Part shown: piece after piece, positions 30,071 through 39,367 of the stretch | Numbering within the stretch: the stretch's first letter is position 1 | Layout of the letters: each line of letters opens with the position of its first letter | Assembly (NCBI GenBank): GCA_963422615.1 | Contig: OY730414.1 | Location: 186,001-250,000 of the forward strand | DNA length: 64,000 nt | Source of the DNA: Longimicrobiales bacterium | GTDB taxonomy: Bacteria; Gemmatimonadota; Gemmatimonadetes; Longimicrobiales; Gaopeijiaceae | Reading direction: 5' to 3' | Notes under the pieces: generated by a model | The model's input: the letters and a program-made list of their open reading frames with translations, nothing else | Told to the model about the DNA's origin: nothing | Database searches by the model: none | Position numbers and translations under genes: made by a program

Positions 30071-31219
30071 TTGGGGGGCATGACAGAGGACCCCGGATTT
30101 CCAAATCGAAGCCCAGCACTGGGCCTGGATACGCATGTAGATTCCGACATCTCCAAGGCCAGGACCCTTCCCGGCAGCCTCTATCATTCGGACGCGGCAT
30201 ACCGGCGCCAGCGGGAACGCGTCTTCGCCCGGGCCTGGCATTGGGTGGCGGATCTGAACCGCCTGAAGGCGCCGGGACATGTCCTCCCCGCGGATCTTCT
30301 GCCGGGTTGTCTGGACGAGCCCCTGGTCGTCACGCGGGACCGGGAGGGGGCCGTTCACTGCCTCTCCAACGTTTGTACGCACCGGGGGGCCATCGTCGCA
30401 GAGGGCGAAGGCCACTTCAACAGTCTGAAGTGTCGCTACCACGGCCGCCGCTTCGCCCTGGACGGGTCCTTCCGGTCCATGCCGGAATTCGACGGCGTAG
30501 AAGGATTCCCCGGGTCCGGCGACAACCTGCCCCGTTTGCGCACGGGCCGGTGGGGACCCTTCCTCTTTGCCAGCCTGGACGAAGACCCGGTCTACGCCTT
30601 CGATGAATGGATCCGTCCGGTCCGGGAGCGGTGCGACTGGATGCCGTTGGAAGCGGCCCGTTTCGATCCTGCCGGCGCCCGGGATTACCTGATCGGGGCC
30701 AACTGGGCCCTCTACTGCGACAACTACTTGGAAGAGTTCCACATCCCCTACGTGCATGCCACGAGCTTGAGCGGGCTGGACTACGCCGCGTACCGAACCC
30801 GGTGCTTTCCCTGGTCCGTTCTTCAGTTCGGAATCGGTCGAGAGGGCGAGGTGTCCTTTGACCTGCCCGTAGGGCACCCCGACCAAGGCGAGCGCATGGC
30901 CGCCTACTACTTCTGGCTATTCCCGAACCTCATGCTCAACTTTTACCCGTGGGGGATTTCGGTGAACGTGGTGACCCCCCTGGGGAAGGACCGGACCCGG
31001 GTCTCCTTTCTCCCCTTCGTCTGGGATGCTTCCTTACGGGAAAGGGGCGTGGGTTCGGCGCTGCACCGCGTGGAGATGGAAGACGAAGAGGTGGTCGAGT
31101 CCCAGCACCGGGGTCTCGGGTCCCGGCTCTACCGGCGCGGACGGTTCTCGCCCCGACGGGAAACGGGCACCCACCACTTCCACCGGCTTCTGGCAACCGT
31201 CATGGGGGGCGGGGTTTAA
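30071..31219 (+). CDS. Rieske non-heme iron oxygenase alpha subunit (choline monooxygenase-like)
   Basis: CTHRG...CRYHG Rieske ligands; NW...DNYLEEFHIPYVH mononuclear iron motif; EDEEVVE. Start is 30071 or 30080. Confidence 0.85.
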   Translation: MGGMTEDPGFPNRSPALGLDTHVDSDISKARTLPGSLYHSDAAYRRQRERVFARAWHWVADLNRLKAPGHVLPADLLPGCLDEPLVVTRDREGAVHCLSNVCTHRGAIVAEGEGHFNSLKCRYHGRRFALDGSFRSMPEFDGVEGFPGSGDNLPRLRTGRWGPFLFASLDEDPVYAFDEWIRPVRERCDWMPLEAARFDPAGARDYLIGANWALYCDNYLEEFHIPYVHATSLSGLDYAAYRTRCFPWSVLQFGIGREGEVSFDLPVGHPDQGERMAAYYFWLFPNLMLNFYPWGISVNVVTPLGKDRTRVSFLPFVWDASLRERGVGSALHRVEMEDEEVVESQHRGLGSRLYRRGRFSPRRETGTHHFHRLLATVMGGGV

Positions 31220-31322
31220 GAAGCGGACACGTCCGACCCGTTTCACCCGTAAGCGAGTACTGTGGTTGACACCGTATCGGGCGAGACCATTTGGGAACGA
31301 TCCCGTCTCGATGACATCGGGC

Positions 31323-34300
31323 CTACGGCGGCCCGCCGGGCCCGACAGCCGGCAAGGTACCCAACAAGGCCACGGCTTTTCCCAAGAAGAAGAGGCCGCC
31401 TTCCAGCTCCGCGAAGTGCTCCGGATGGTCTCGAACCAGGCGGGCTGTGGCTTCGACGGGGCGGACGTCCGGATCAATCAAGTCTGCGGCCAGTGAACGA
31501 AGGGCCGTGTCTGCTCGGACGGCGTCTGTCGCGCCCCCGCCGGAGGGGCCGGCGGCGATCTCGGCCAAGTCACCGGCGCGCCCCAGGGCGTGGAGCGCGA
31601 GGATACTCGGCACGTCGGCCCATGCCAGGTCGCGGTCCCGACCCCTGGTTCGCGCCACCACCGACCGGAAGGCCTGCCGGGCCGCATCCGGGTCACCTGC
31701 CATGGCTTGGGCAACCCCAAGGAGGTACCGGATAAGGCGGTCCTCGGGATCGTAGGGACGACCCTGGCCCAGGGACTCGGGCCACAACAACCCGGCTTCC
31801 AGATACTCAACGGCCCGTTCCGGATCTCCGGCTTCCAACTCGTCCAGGGCAGCCGCCATGTGGGCCAGCTCGTAGAGCCGGTGGCTCTCCCGAGAATTCT
31901 CGGAGGGGAGCACGCGGACCCGCGTCAGGATCTCCACCGCTTCCCGGGCCCGCCCGGCGTTCAGCAATCCCCGAGCGTGGAGAAGGTCCAGGTTGAAGTC
32001 CTCGGGGAACGCCTCCCGCGCCTGGGACGACGCCTCCAGGGCCTCTTCCCACCGTCCTCCGCCCAGCGCGTGCCGGACCCGGGCAACCCGCAAGATCCGG
32101 CTCCCGGGGTCGGCCTCCACGGCCCGAGACAGGTCGGGACCCGGATCTCGGCCCTCAACCCGGCGGAGGAGATGGCCCCGAGCGGCGTACGCCGGGGCGT
32201 AGTCCGGTTCGGTTCCCAAGGACGCGAGGACCCGAGCCGCCTCTTCCTCCCGATCCAGAGCCCACAGGTTCAAACCGAGGAGGTACGTCCACCCCCATTG
32301 GCCGCTCGCATCGGCCGCCCAGCGGAGCACCGGAAGGGTTTCGGCCCGGAACGGGAAGGCGAAGGCCAGGTCGACGGGCTCGTCAAGCCCGGTCGGGTCT
32401 TCTGCAAGGAACGCGCGCCAAGCCCGCAGCACAGGACTGGGGTGACGCGGCTCACCCATCTCGTCCCCCCGAAGGCTCCGTTCCGCCAGCTCGAGCAGGG
32501 CCAGAGCGTCGTCGGCCAGCCCCCGGTTGGCGTATCCGACAGCGAGTTCCAGGAGCGACTGGTCCGGGTACTCGCTCCGGAGCGCGTTCAGGAGCCGACG
32601 AGCGGGGGTTGGAGACCGATCGGCCAGGTACGCCTCCGCGAAAACGAAGTGGTGGAGGGGATCGATCTCCAGGAGAGCAGCCCGGGCCTGGGCAGCGGCG
32701 CGGGTTTGCGGAGCGGCTCCGTCGGCTCCCGCCGCGGCGCTGGCGGATCGACGCCCCCACAGCGCCAACAGCTGCCAGGCCGGTATGCTGTGCCGATCGA
32801 AGTCCCGGGCCAGTTCCGCATATCGCTTCGCTTCCGCCCATTCCCCCGCCGCGATCATCACTTCGGCAAGTCGAACATAGGACGCAGCGCGGTACGCCAC
32901 CGATCGGGCGGACAATCCGAAGGCATCCCGCGCATCCGACACCTGCCCCACCTCCAAGTAGAGGTTCCCGGCGATGAAGTTCGCCTTCGGGTCGTACGTG
33001 TCCAACTGGAGGGCCCGATTCACATGCCCCAGCCCGTCCTCGTAGCGGCCGGAACGGAGGGCCAGCTCGGCGAGCCCCAGCAGGGCATCCCGGTTCCACG
33101 GTTCCCGGTCCAGCACCGCCTCGAACATTTTCCGGGCGGCTCCGTAACGGCGGCCCCGCGCGAGTTCCCGCGCCTGGAAGACCCGGCGGTCCGTCTCCGG
33201 GATGCTCCCCCACGCCTCCGGGGACGCGTGGAAGGGCCGAGCGAGGAGCCGGCCTTCTGCCCCTGAGTCATAGTCAAGGTCCAGGGCCGGGAGGCGGACC
33301 CGCACTGGCCGACCCTCCGGCACTTCGAACGTCGCCTCGAAGGGTTCTAGGGGACCAAGTTGCACCGGCCGGGACCCCACCGGGACGCCGTCCGACCAGA
33401 CCTGCAAGGTGTCCGAAACCGCTCGGAACGCATTGACGGACACCCGAACTTGACCGTCGGCCCGCCGAACGTGCATCGCTCCGTCCCGAGAGGCGTCGGT
33501 AAGGCCGCCGGTCCTCTCCAAGGGAAACCAGGTCTCGGTCCACCGGCTGGCAGAAAGCGGATCGAACCCCGCCTGGGTGATGGGGTTCACAGAATCGCCC
33601 GTCACCGGGTCGCCCGGGGTGTACTGCACGAGCAGTCGCCCAGCCTGAAACTCGACGTACTGGCCGTCCGTGTCGGTCAGCAGGTCCTCCCAGACGCCTC
33701 CCTCCCTGGAAAGAGCCCACAGCCACATCTTCTGTCCGGGCATATCCTCGTGGCGGGCCCAGTGGCCCCAGCCATAACCGGCATCGTGGTCGTAGCCGCC
33801 GAAGAAGTCGTTCAGCTCCCCGACGACATGATAGGACTTGTGCCCTCCGAAGGCGTTGTTTCGATACAGAGGCAGGTAGCGGCCCGATTCGTCGGTCGGC
33901 CAGGCCCGTTCCCTTCCTGAATGCTCCAGATACGAGGTGCCGGGAACGAACAGCTCCAGATCCTCGCGGGCAAACGCCGCGGCCGTCATCCAGTTGTAGT
34001 AGGGCTGCTCCAAGGGGGTCGGGTTATACCACAGGGCGCGGGTCTCGAAGTCGGCCCGACCCGGAGAAAGGCGGATTTCCACCCGCCAGTGGGTCCGGGA
34101 CGGAAGGTCCATGGCTCCGACGAAGCAGCTCACGCTTCCGTCCTCGTTGGCCCGGAAGGTGTAGTCCACGGGTGTGGCGGTCGCCGGCGTATGACCGATG
34201 ACCCCGAAATTGAACTCGATCCCTCCCGAGGTCCACGGGCCTCGCAGCGCAATGTTGCGAAACTTCATCACTTCGTTCCGATAAATGAACTCGTGGCCCG

Positions 34301-34676
34301 TCTTCTTCACGATCGCCCCCCACACCTTCCCGCCGACTTCCGGCAAGACGAAGACCTCGATGAGGTCGTTTTCCAGCTTGACGACCTTCCACTCCCGGGG
34401 CTCCGATGTCGCCGAGTATCCCTCGAATGTGTGGTAGGGGTAGAGCCTGGGGTCCCGAGCCAGCACCGGCACGGGATTGGGCTCCGAGAAGGGGTAGGTG
34501 TCCAGCACCCGGATTTCTTCGGAGACGCGGGCCGGGGCCGTCTGGGCGGGGGCGGCGACCGTCTCCGCCTGGGCGACGCCAGGGTCCCGGGCCCCCCGGG
34601 CAAAGAGGACGGCAATGGCCAGGGGAAGGGCGAAATGCGGGAACCGGATGCAATACATCGTTCGGAGAGTCTTCAT
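31323..34676 (-). CDS. DUF5107-domain + TPR repeat protein, secreted
   Basis: KLENDLIEVFVLPEVGGKVW, GPWTSGGIEFNF, PGQKMWLW, YVEFQAGR; C-terminal TPR-like helices. Start uncertain. Confidence 0.75.
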   Translation of the reverse strand: MKTLRTMYCIRFPHFALPLAIAVLFARGARDPGVAQAETVAAPAQTAPARVSEEIRVLDTYPFSEPNPVPVLARDPRLYPYHTFEGYSATSEPREWKVVKLENDLIEVFVLPEVGGKVWGAIVKKTGHEFIYRNEVMKFRNIALRGPWTSGGIEFNFGVIGHTPATATPVDYTFRANEDGSVSCFVGAMDLPSRTHWRVEIRLSPGRADFETRALWYNPTPLEQPYYNWMTAAAFAREDLELFVPGTSYLEHSGRERAWPTDESGRYLPLYRNNAFGGHKSYHVVGELNDFFGGYDHDAGYGWGHWARHEDMPGQKMWLWALSREGGVWEDLLTDTDGQYVEFQAGRLLVQYTPGDPVTGDSVNPITQAGFDPLSASRWTETWFPLERTGGLTDASRDGAMHVRRADGQVRVSVNAFRAVSDTLQVWSDGVPVGSRPVQLGPLEPFEATFEVPEGRPVRVRLPALDLDYDSGAEGRLLARPFHASPEAWGSIPETDRRVFQARELARGRRYGAARKMFEAVLDREPWNRDALLGLAELALRSGRYEDGLGHVNRALQLDTYDPKANFIAGNLYLEVGQVSDARDAFGLSARSVAYRAASYVRLAEVMIAAGEWAEAKRYAELARDFDRHSIPAWQLLALWGRRSASAAAGADGAAPQTRAAAQARAALLEIDPLHHFVFAEAYLADRSPTPARRLLNALRSEYPDQSLLELAVGYANRGLADDALALLELAERSLRGDEMGEPRHPSPVLRAWRAFLAEDPTGLDEPVDLAFAFPFRAETLPVLRWAADASGQWGWTYLLGLNLWALDREEEAARVLASLGTEPDYAPAYAARGHLLRRVEGRDPGPDLSRAVEADPGSRILRVARVRHALGGGRWEEALEASSQAREAFPEDFNLDLLHARGLLNAGRAREAVEILTRVRVLPSENSRESHRLYELAHMAAALDELEAGDPERAVEYLEAGLLWPESLGQGRPYDPEDRLIRYLLGVAQAMAGDPDAARQAFRSVVARTRGRDRDLAWADVPSILALHALGRAGDLAEIAAGPSGGGATDAVRADTALRSLAADLIDPDVRPVEATARLVRDHPEHFAELEGGLFFLGKAVALLGTLPAVGPGGPP

Positions 34677-34858
34677 TCGGAACCATCTAAGTCGGCGGGC
34701 GCCCTGGCGCCAATGGCGAACCCGGACTAGCGTTCTCTGCGTCGGCCCGACCATCCCGTTTTCCGCACCAACGGTGCCAACGCCCACGCGTGCCAAAACT
34801 CGCTCAGTACCAAGACCCGCTCAATTTAGGAAACTCGCCTGAAAGAGGTGGAAGTGAC

Positions 34859-36040
34859 ATGAAGATGGCCCGTACCGCCCTGATCTTCCTGCTCGCGGGT
34901 GGCCTGCTCCCCGCCCCGTTTCCTCTCCACGCCCAGTCCAACGACGTGATGCGGTCCACCTACCACGACTACCGCGTGGTGACCGTTGCCGACGGGCTGG
35001 TCCACCCCTGGTCCATGGCCTTTCTGCCCGGGGGCGACATCCTGGTCACCGAGCGCCCCGGGCGGCTTCGGATCATCCGGAACGGAGTCCTCCTGCCCGA
35101 TCCCGTTCCCGGGGTTCCGGAAGTCGTGGCCGTTGGTCAGGGCGGCTTGATGGACGTGATCCTCCACCCCGACTTCGCTTCCAACCGCCTGATCTACCTG
35201 AGTTTCTCCAAACCCACCGGGGGAGCCCGCAACCGTCGCATGATCCCCGCCACCACCGCCGTTGTGCGGGGGACCTTCGAAGACGACCGCTTCAACTTTG
35301 TCGACGAAGTCTTCGAAGCGGTCTCCCAAGGCGGGGGTCACTTCGGCTGCCGCTTGGCCTTTGACTCGGAGGGCTACCTGTTCATCACGGTGGGCGACCG
35401 CATGGCTCCCCCCCGGGGCGATTTGCTTGCGCACCCGGCCCAGGACCTCTCGAACCATCACGGGGTGACCCTTCGCCTCCACGACGACGGCCGGATCCCT
35501 GCGGACAACCCCTTTGTGGGCCAGGACGGCGCCATGCCGGAAATCTGGAGCTACGGACACCGGAACGCCCAGGGGCTGGCGGTTCACCCCGAGAGCGGAG
35601 CCGTCTGGCTCACGGAGCACGGACCGCAGGGGGGAGACGAAGTCAACGTGTCCCTGGCCGGGCGCAACTATGGCTGGCCCGTCATCGGATACGGCGTAAA
35701 CTACGGTTCCGGAAGCGCCATCCACGAAGCGACCCACGGGGACGGGATGGAACAGCCCCTTCACTTCTGGGTCCCCTCCATCGGGGTGTCCGGCCTCGCG
35801 TTCTACACCGGCGATTCGTTCCCCGGCTGGAAGGGCAACCTCTTTGCAGGCGGACTGTCGGGACAGCGGCTGGAGCGCCTCACCGTGGAGGAAGCCGGAG
35901 TGGTCGCCCGGGAAACCCTGTTGGAGGGGGTAGGCCGCATTCGGGATGTGCGCCAGGGACCCGACGGGTTCCTGTACGTGGCAATCGACGACCGGGGGGG
36001 CGCGGAAACCCCTATCCTGCGGCTGGAACCCGCGGGCTAG
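34859..36040 (+). CDS. PQQ-dependent sugar (glucose/sorbosone) dehydrogenase
   Basis: HPWSMAFLP, GQGGLMDV, HFGCR, YGHRNAQG, EHGPQGGDE, NYGWP, RIRDV. Confidence 0.9.
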   Translation: MKMARTALIFLLAGGLLPAPFPLHAQSNDVMRSTYHDYRVVTVADGLVHPWSMAFLPGGDILVTERPGRLRIIRNGVLLPDPVPGVPEVVAVGQGGLMDVILHPDFASNRLIYLSFSKPTGGARNRRMIPATTAVVRGTFEDDRFNFVDEVFEAVSQGGGHFGCRLAFDSEGYLFITVGDRMAPPRGDLLAHPAQDLSNHHGVTLRLHDDGRIPADNPFVGQDGAMPEIWSYGHRNAQGLAVHPESGAVWLTEHGPQGGDEVNVSLAGRNYGWPVIGYGVNYGSGSAIHEATHGDGMEQPLHFWVPSIGVSGLAFYTGDSFPGWKGNLFAGGLSGQRLERLTVEEAGVVARETLLEGVGRIRDVRQGPDGFLYVAIDDRGGAETPILRLEPAG

Positions 36041-36232
36041 GCGGGCGGCAACAAAGCCCGCAGGGAGCGGCGAGGCGGGTTACGCCGCCTTCCGCGCCCG
36101 CTCCTTTATCACCCAAGAGCCGATCAAGCACCGGCACGTCCGCCGTGAGGCCCGTGCCGATCCGCGTGAGGCCGGTGCCGTTGGCAAGAGGCGAGGCGTG
36201 CCGACGGAAACTTGCGACCGCCCCCCGAGCCC

Positions 36233-38206
36233 TCATCTTTTCCGGAACCACACCCCCTTCGTCCGCCCGTTCGAGGCCGTGAATCCGGTAATCCGGCCGT
36301 TTCCGGCCCGCTGGAAGGCAATCGTGGTGAGAAAGATTGAGGTCGTGGAGAACTCATCTCCACTCCGCGGGCGCAGCGGCAGGGGCTCCATGTCCAGATG
36401 GCGGAGAACGAGACCCCCGTCCACCAGCTCCAGCTCGTAGAAGGTCTCGATTTCCTCCGAAAAGTACCTGCCCGCATAGGCTTCCAGCTGCTCCGCCGTC
36501 GCCTGGGTCGGGTCGGCGCGGCGCATGGCCATTTCCGTTCCGGCCTGAAGGAGGGTCGCGCGGTTCGTGCTCCCGTCCGCTTCGAAGTGAAAGGTGAATT
36601 CGGCTTGCACGGTTGTAATCGTGGCCGTGGAGTCGGAGGTGGCCCGGGCCTCGGCCCGGGACTGTCCGGCGGGCTCAACGAAGAGCCGCCCATCCTCCGT
36701 GCTGATCTCCGCGTCCAGGGACATGCCCTGCACATCAATCACCCAATCTCCGGCGACGGCCGCCATCCGTTCCTCCGACATGCCGCCCTCGCCAACGCTC
36801 TCCTCGGCCTCGTCCTCTTCTTCGTTCTCCAAGTCGCCGCGGAAGAACACCCGCGCGATGCGGCCGCCGAGCCCCAAGTCGAACGAGGCGTGGTTACTCA
36901 TGACGATGACGCCGCTCTCCAGCTCCGGAAAGATTCCCATGTAGGCGCGGTGGGCGACGTCCCCTCCGGTGTGGGCGTACAGCGTCCGGCCCCCCATCTT
37001 CCCGATTCCCAGGCCCAACCCGTACCCGGTGGAATCGCCGCTCTCCAGCACAGCCGGCGTAGCGATGGCCTGGACGGCGCCGGGCCCGCCCAGGGAAGCG
37101 TCCCGATAGTTGCGCATCCAGCGGGACAGATCCTCTACGGTCGTGTAGATCCCGCCCGCACCCGCGGACGCCGACAAGTCCCTCGTCGCCCGGTACCCCC
37201 CGGTCTTGGTCGGGACGTAGCCCTGTGCGCTACCGGGAATCACCTCGCCCTGCGTCATCTTGACCCGGGTGTCGTGCATGCCCAGGGGGTCGAAGATCCG
37301 CTCCTTCATGTACTCCGCGAAGGGCTGTCCCGATACGCGCTCTACAACGAGGGACAGGAGAATGTAGCCCGTATTGTTGTAGTTCCATTCCGTGTTGGGA
37401 CGGGCCTGGAGCTCGGGCTGCCGCTGCACGATCCGGATCGCCTTTCCCCGGGCGAAGGTATCTTCCCCTTTGAATCCGGTCATGGGAAGCAGGTTGTAGA
37501 TCTCCCGATACCCGCTCGTGTGGTTGAGGAAGTGGCGGAGGGTGACGGGGGTTCCGAAGTCGGGCAACTCCGGGATATGGGTGCGAATGTCGTCCTGGAG
37601 AGAAAGCTCGCCCTCGGCCTGGAGGAGGAGGAGGCCCATGGCCGTGAACTGCTTGGTGACCGAGCCGATGTTGGACACGGTGCCGGGCTCCCAGGGGATC
37701 CCGTGGGTCAGGTTGGCCATTCCATAAGCGCGCACGAACGTCAGCTCCCCGTCCCGCACCACCCCGACGACGCCCCCGGGACGGTCTTCGCCGTCGTAGA
37801 AGCGCATCATCTGGTTGACGCGGTCTTCCGGGCTCGTGGCGACGGGCTCGGAACCGAGAACCACGATTTCGTAGCGCCCTTCGCCGCCTTCGAAAGGGGC
37901 CACCTCGATCGTATAGACCCCGGCGGTCTCGGTCTCGAACTGATAGGGCTCGGGGCCCCGAGCCGGAGAATCGAAAGTGCGAAGGGTCCCGCCCTCAGGA
38001 TCCCTGACCGTGACCACGACGTCCACATCGATCTGGTTGACTTCGCCGTACACGAACATGTCGGCGGTCAAATCCAGGGCGTATGCGTCCCGGGAGTCGG
38101 CTGCGAGGACGCCGTCCACGGAGGTGCCGGGGCGGAGGGGTTGTTGGGCGGGGGCGGGGGTGACGGTGAGCGCCACGAGGAATGCGCAGGTCGCAAGTGT
38201 CCGCAT
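36233..38206 (-). CDS. Serine hydrolase (beta-lactamase/AmpC-like) with N-terminal PPC-like domain
   Basis: GSVTK (SxxK), HTSG, YNN, HTGG; signal peptide. Confidence 0.85.
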   Translation of the reverse strand: MRTLATCAFLVALTVTPAPAQQPLRPGTSVDGVLAADSRDAYALDLTADMFVYGEVNQIDVDVVVTVRDPEGGTLRTFDSPARGPEPYQFETETAGVYTIEVAPFEGGEGRYEIVVLGSEPVATSPEDRVNQMMRFYDGEDRPGGVVGVVRDGELTFVRAYGMANLTHGIPWEPGTVSNIGSVTKQFTAMGLLLLQAEGELSLQDDIRTHIPELPDFGTPVTLRHFLNHTSGYREIYNLLPMTGFKGEDTFARGKAIRIVQRQPELQARPNTEWNYNNTGYILLSLVVERVSGQPFAEYMKERIFDPLGMHDTRVKMTQGEVIPGSAQGYVPTKTGGYRATRDLSASAGAGGIYTTVEDLSRWMRNYRDASLGGPGAVQAIATPAVLESGDSTGYGLGLGIGKMGGRTLYAHTGGDVAHRAYMGIFPELESGVIVMSNHASFDLGLGGRIARVFFRGDLENEEEDEAEESVGEGGMSEERMAAVAGDWVIDVQGMSLDAEISTEDGRLFVEPAGQSRAEARATSDSTATITTVQAEFTFHFEADGSTNRATLLQAGTEMAMRRADPTQATAEQLEAYAGRYFSEEIETFYELELVDGGLVLRHLDMEPLPLRPRSGDEFSTTSIFLTTIAFQRAGNGRITGFTASNGRTKGVWFRKR

Positions 38207-38344
38207 CGTGGTCCTTCCCTTGTAGGTGTGCTGTGCGTTGGACAGAACTTCGGCGTCTCACCCCACCGGGAGGAGTATCTCTCCTGGTGCGGCCGAGGAG
38301 TCGCCGGACTCCCTGAAGCGGCCCTCTTTCGCCAATGGCGCGCG

Positions 38345-38962
38345 TCAGCCGCTCCTTTCCCACCGGATCACCTCGATCGCGTCCGCCCCTCCGCAGGAGC
38401 CCGACAGGGAGATGACTCCTTCCACGACCACCTCGTCTCCGGGCTTCAAGTCACCCAAGTCCCCGCTCAGGGCATACACATATTGGTCATGGTCGCGAAG
38501 GGTCGCGCACGCCAGACCCTCGTCGGTAATCCGTCCGGTCCGGCGAACTCGGCCTTCCGGGTCGGTCACGTGGAAGGGGTCCGATATCCCGATGGGACTG
38601 AACACTCCGTTGAAGACGATGAAGACGAGGGGCCTTTCCCAGGTCGCGTAGTCGGGAACCCGCACCTGAGCGGACACTTCGCCCCAGACGTCCTGAGTGC
38701 CCTCGGCCAGGGCCTCGAAGCCGGCCCGCATGGCGCCCACGCCCACATGGATCTTTGCCTGGGGCGGAAGGTTCTCGGTGTACACCTCGACAACCGTCCC
38801 CGGAGGACCGGTCCTGGGGACCACCGACTGGACGTGGCGAAGGGAATCGATGGTCGCGAAGCGGGGCTGGGCGGAGGCGTCCTGGACAGCCCCTATCCAA
38901 AGCGGAAGCGCTCCGGCCAGAATCACCACTGGTCGCGGAAGCGGGGAAAGGCTAATGGACAT
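38345..38962 (-). CDS. Hypothetical secreted protein
   Basis: Signal peptide ending ASA; globular composition; two Cys in the C-terminal beta region; gaggtg upstream. Confidence 0.55.
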   Translation of the reverse strand: MSISLSPLPRPVVILAGALPLWIGAVQDASAQPRFATIDSLRHVQSVVPRTGPPGTVVEVYTENLPPQAKIHVGVGAMRAGFEALAEGTQDVWGEVSAQVRVPDYATWERPLVFIVFNGVFSPIGISDPFHVTDPEGRVRRTGRITDEGLACATLRDHDQYVYALSGDLGDLKPGDEVVVEGVISLSGSCGGADAIEVIRWERSG

Positions 38963-39322
38963 CCTCGCACCTCCAATTCCCTGTGACTGGGTCTGTGACC
39001 CGTCGGCCTAACCGGCCCGGGGTGGGCCCCGCGCTCGGTTGAGTCAATGTGCGCTGCCGGGACGGGTCGGGCCAGGGGACACAAGGCGAGCCGGGCCAGG
39101 CAATCCGGACCTCGTGAACCCTTCCCTCCTTGTTGAAGCCGGCGGCAACCGAGCCCTTCCCCCATCGGAGTCCTGGGCGGTCCGGTGACGTCGACCGCAC
39201 TGGACAAGGGCGTCGTTACCCGCCGGTTTCCAGGTCCCGGCGAGCCGGCTCCGGCTCTGGCCAAATGGCTTGGCCCGACTTCATCTTATTGGGTTGAGTC
39301 ACAGACGTTCGAACTCGGCTCG

Positions 39323-39362
39323 AACTTAAAGGGCACGACTTCAACTTGAAGGGGACGACTTC
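39323..39362. repeat. Imperfect 20-bp tandem duplication
   Basis: aacttaaagggcacgacttc followed by aacttgaaggggacgacttc (18/20 identical). Confidence 0.8.
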
Positions 39363-39367
39363 CAAAG

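Noticed and set aside
36398..38986. 862-aa + strand ORF
   Set aside because: Antisense to two well-supported minus-strand genes; no recognisable domain.
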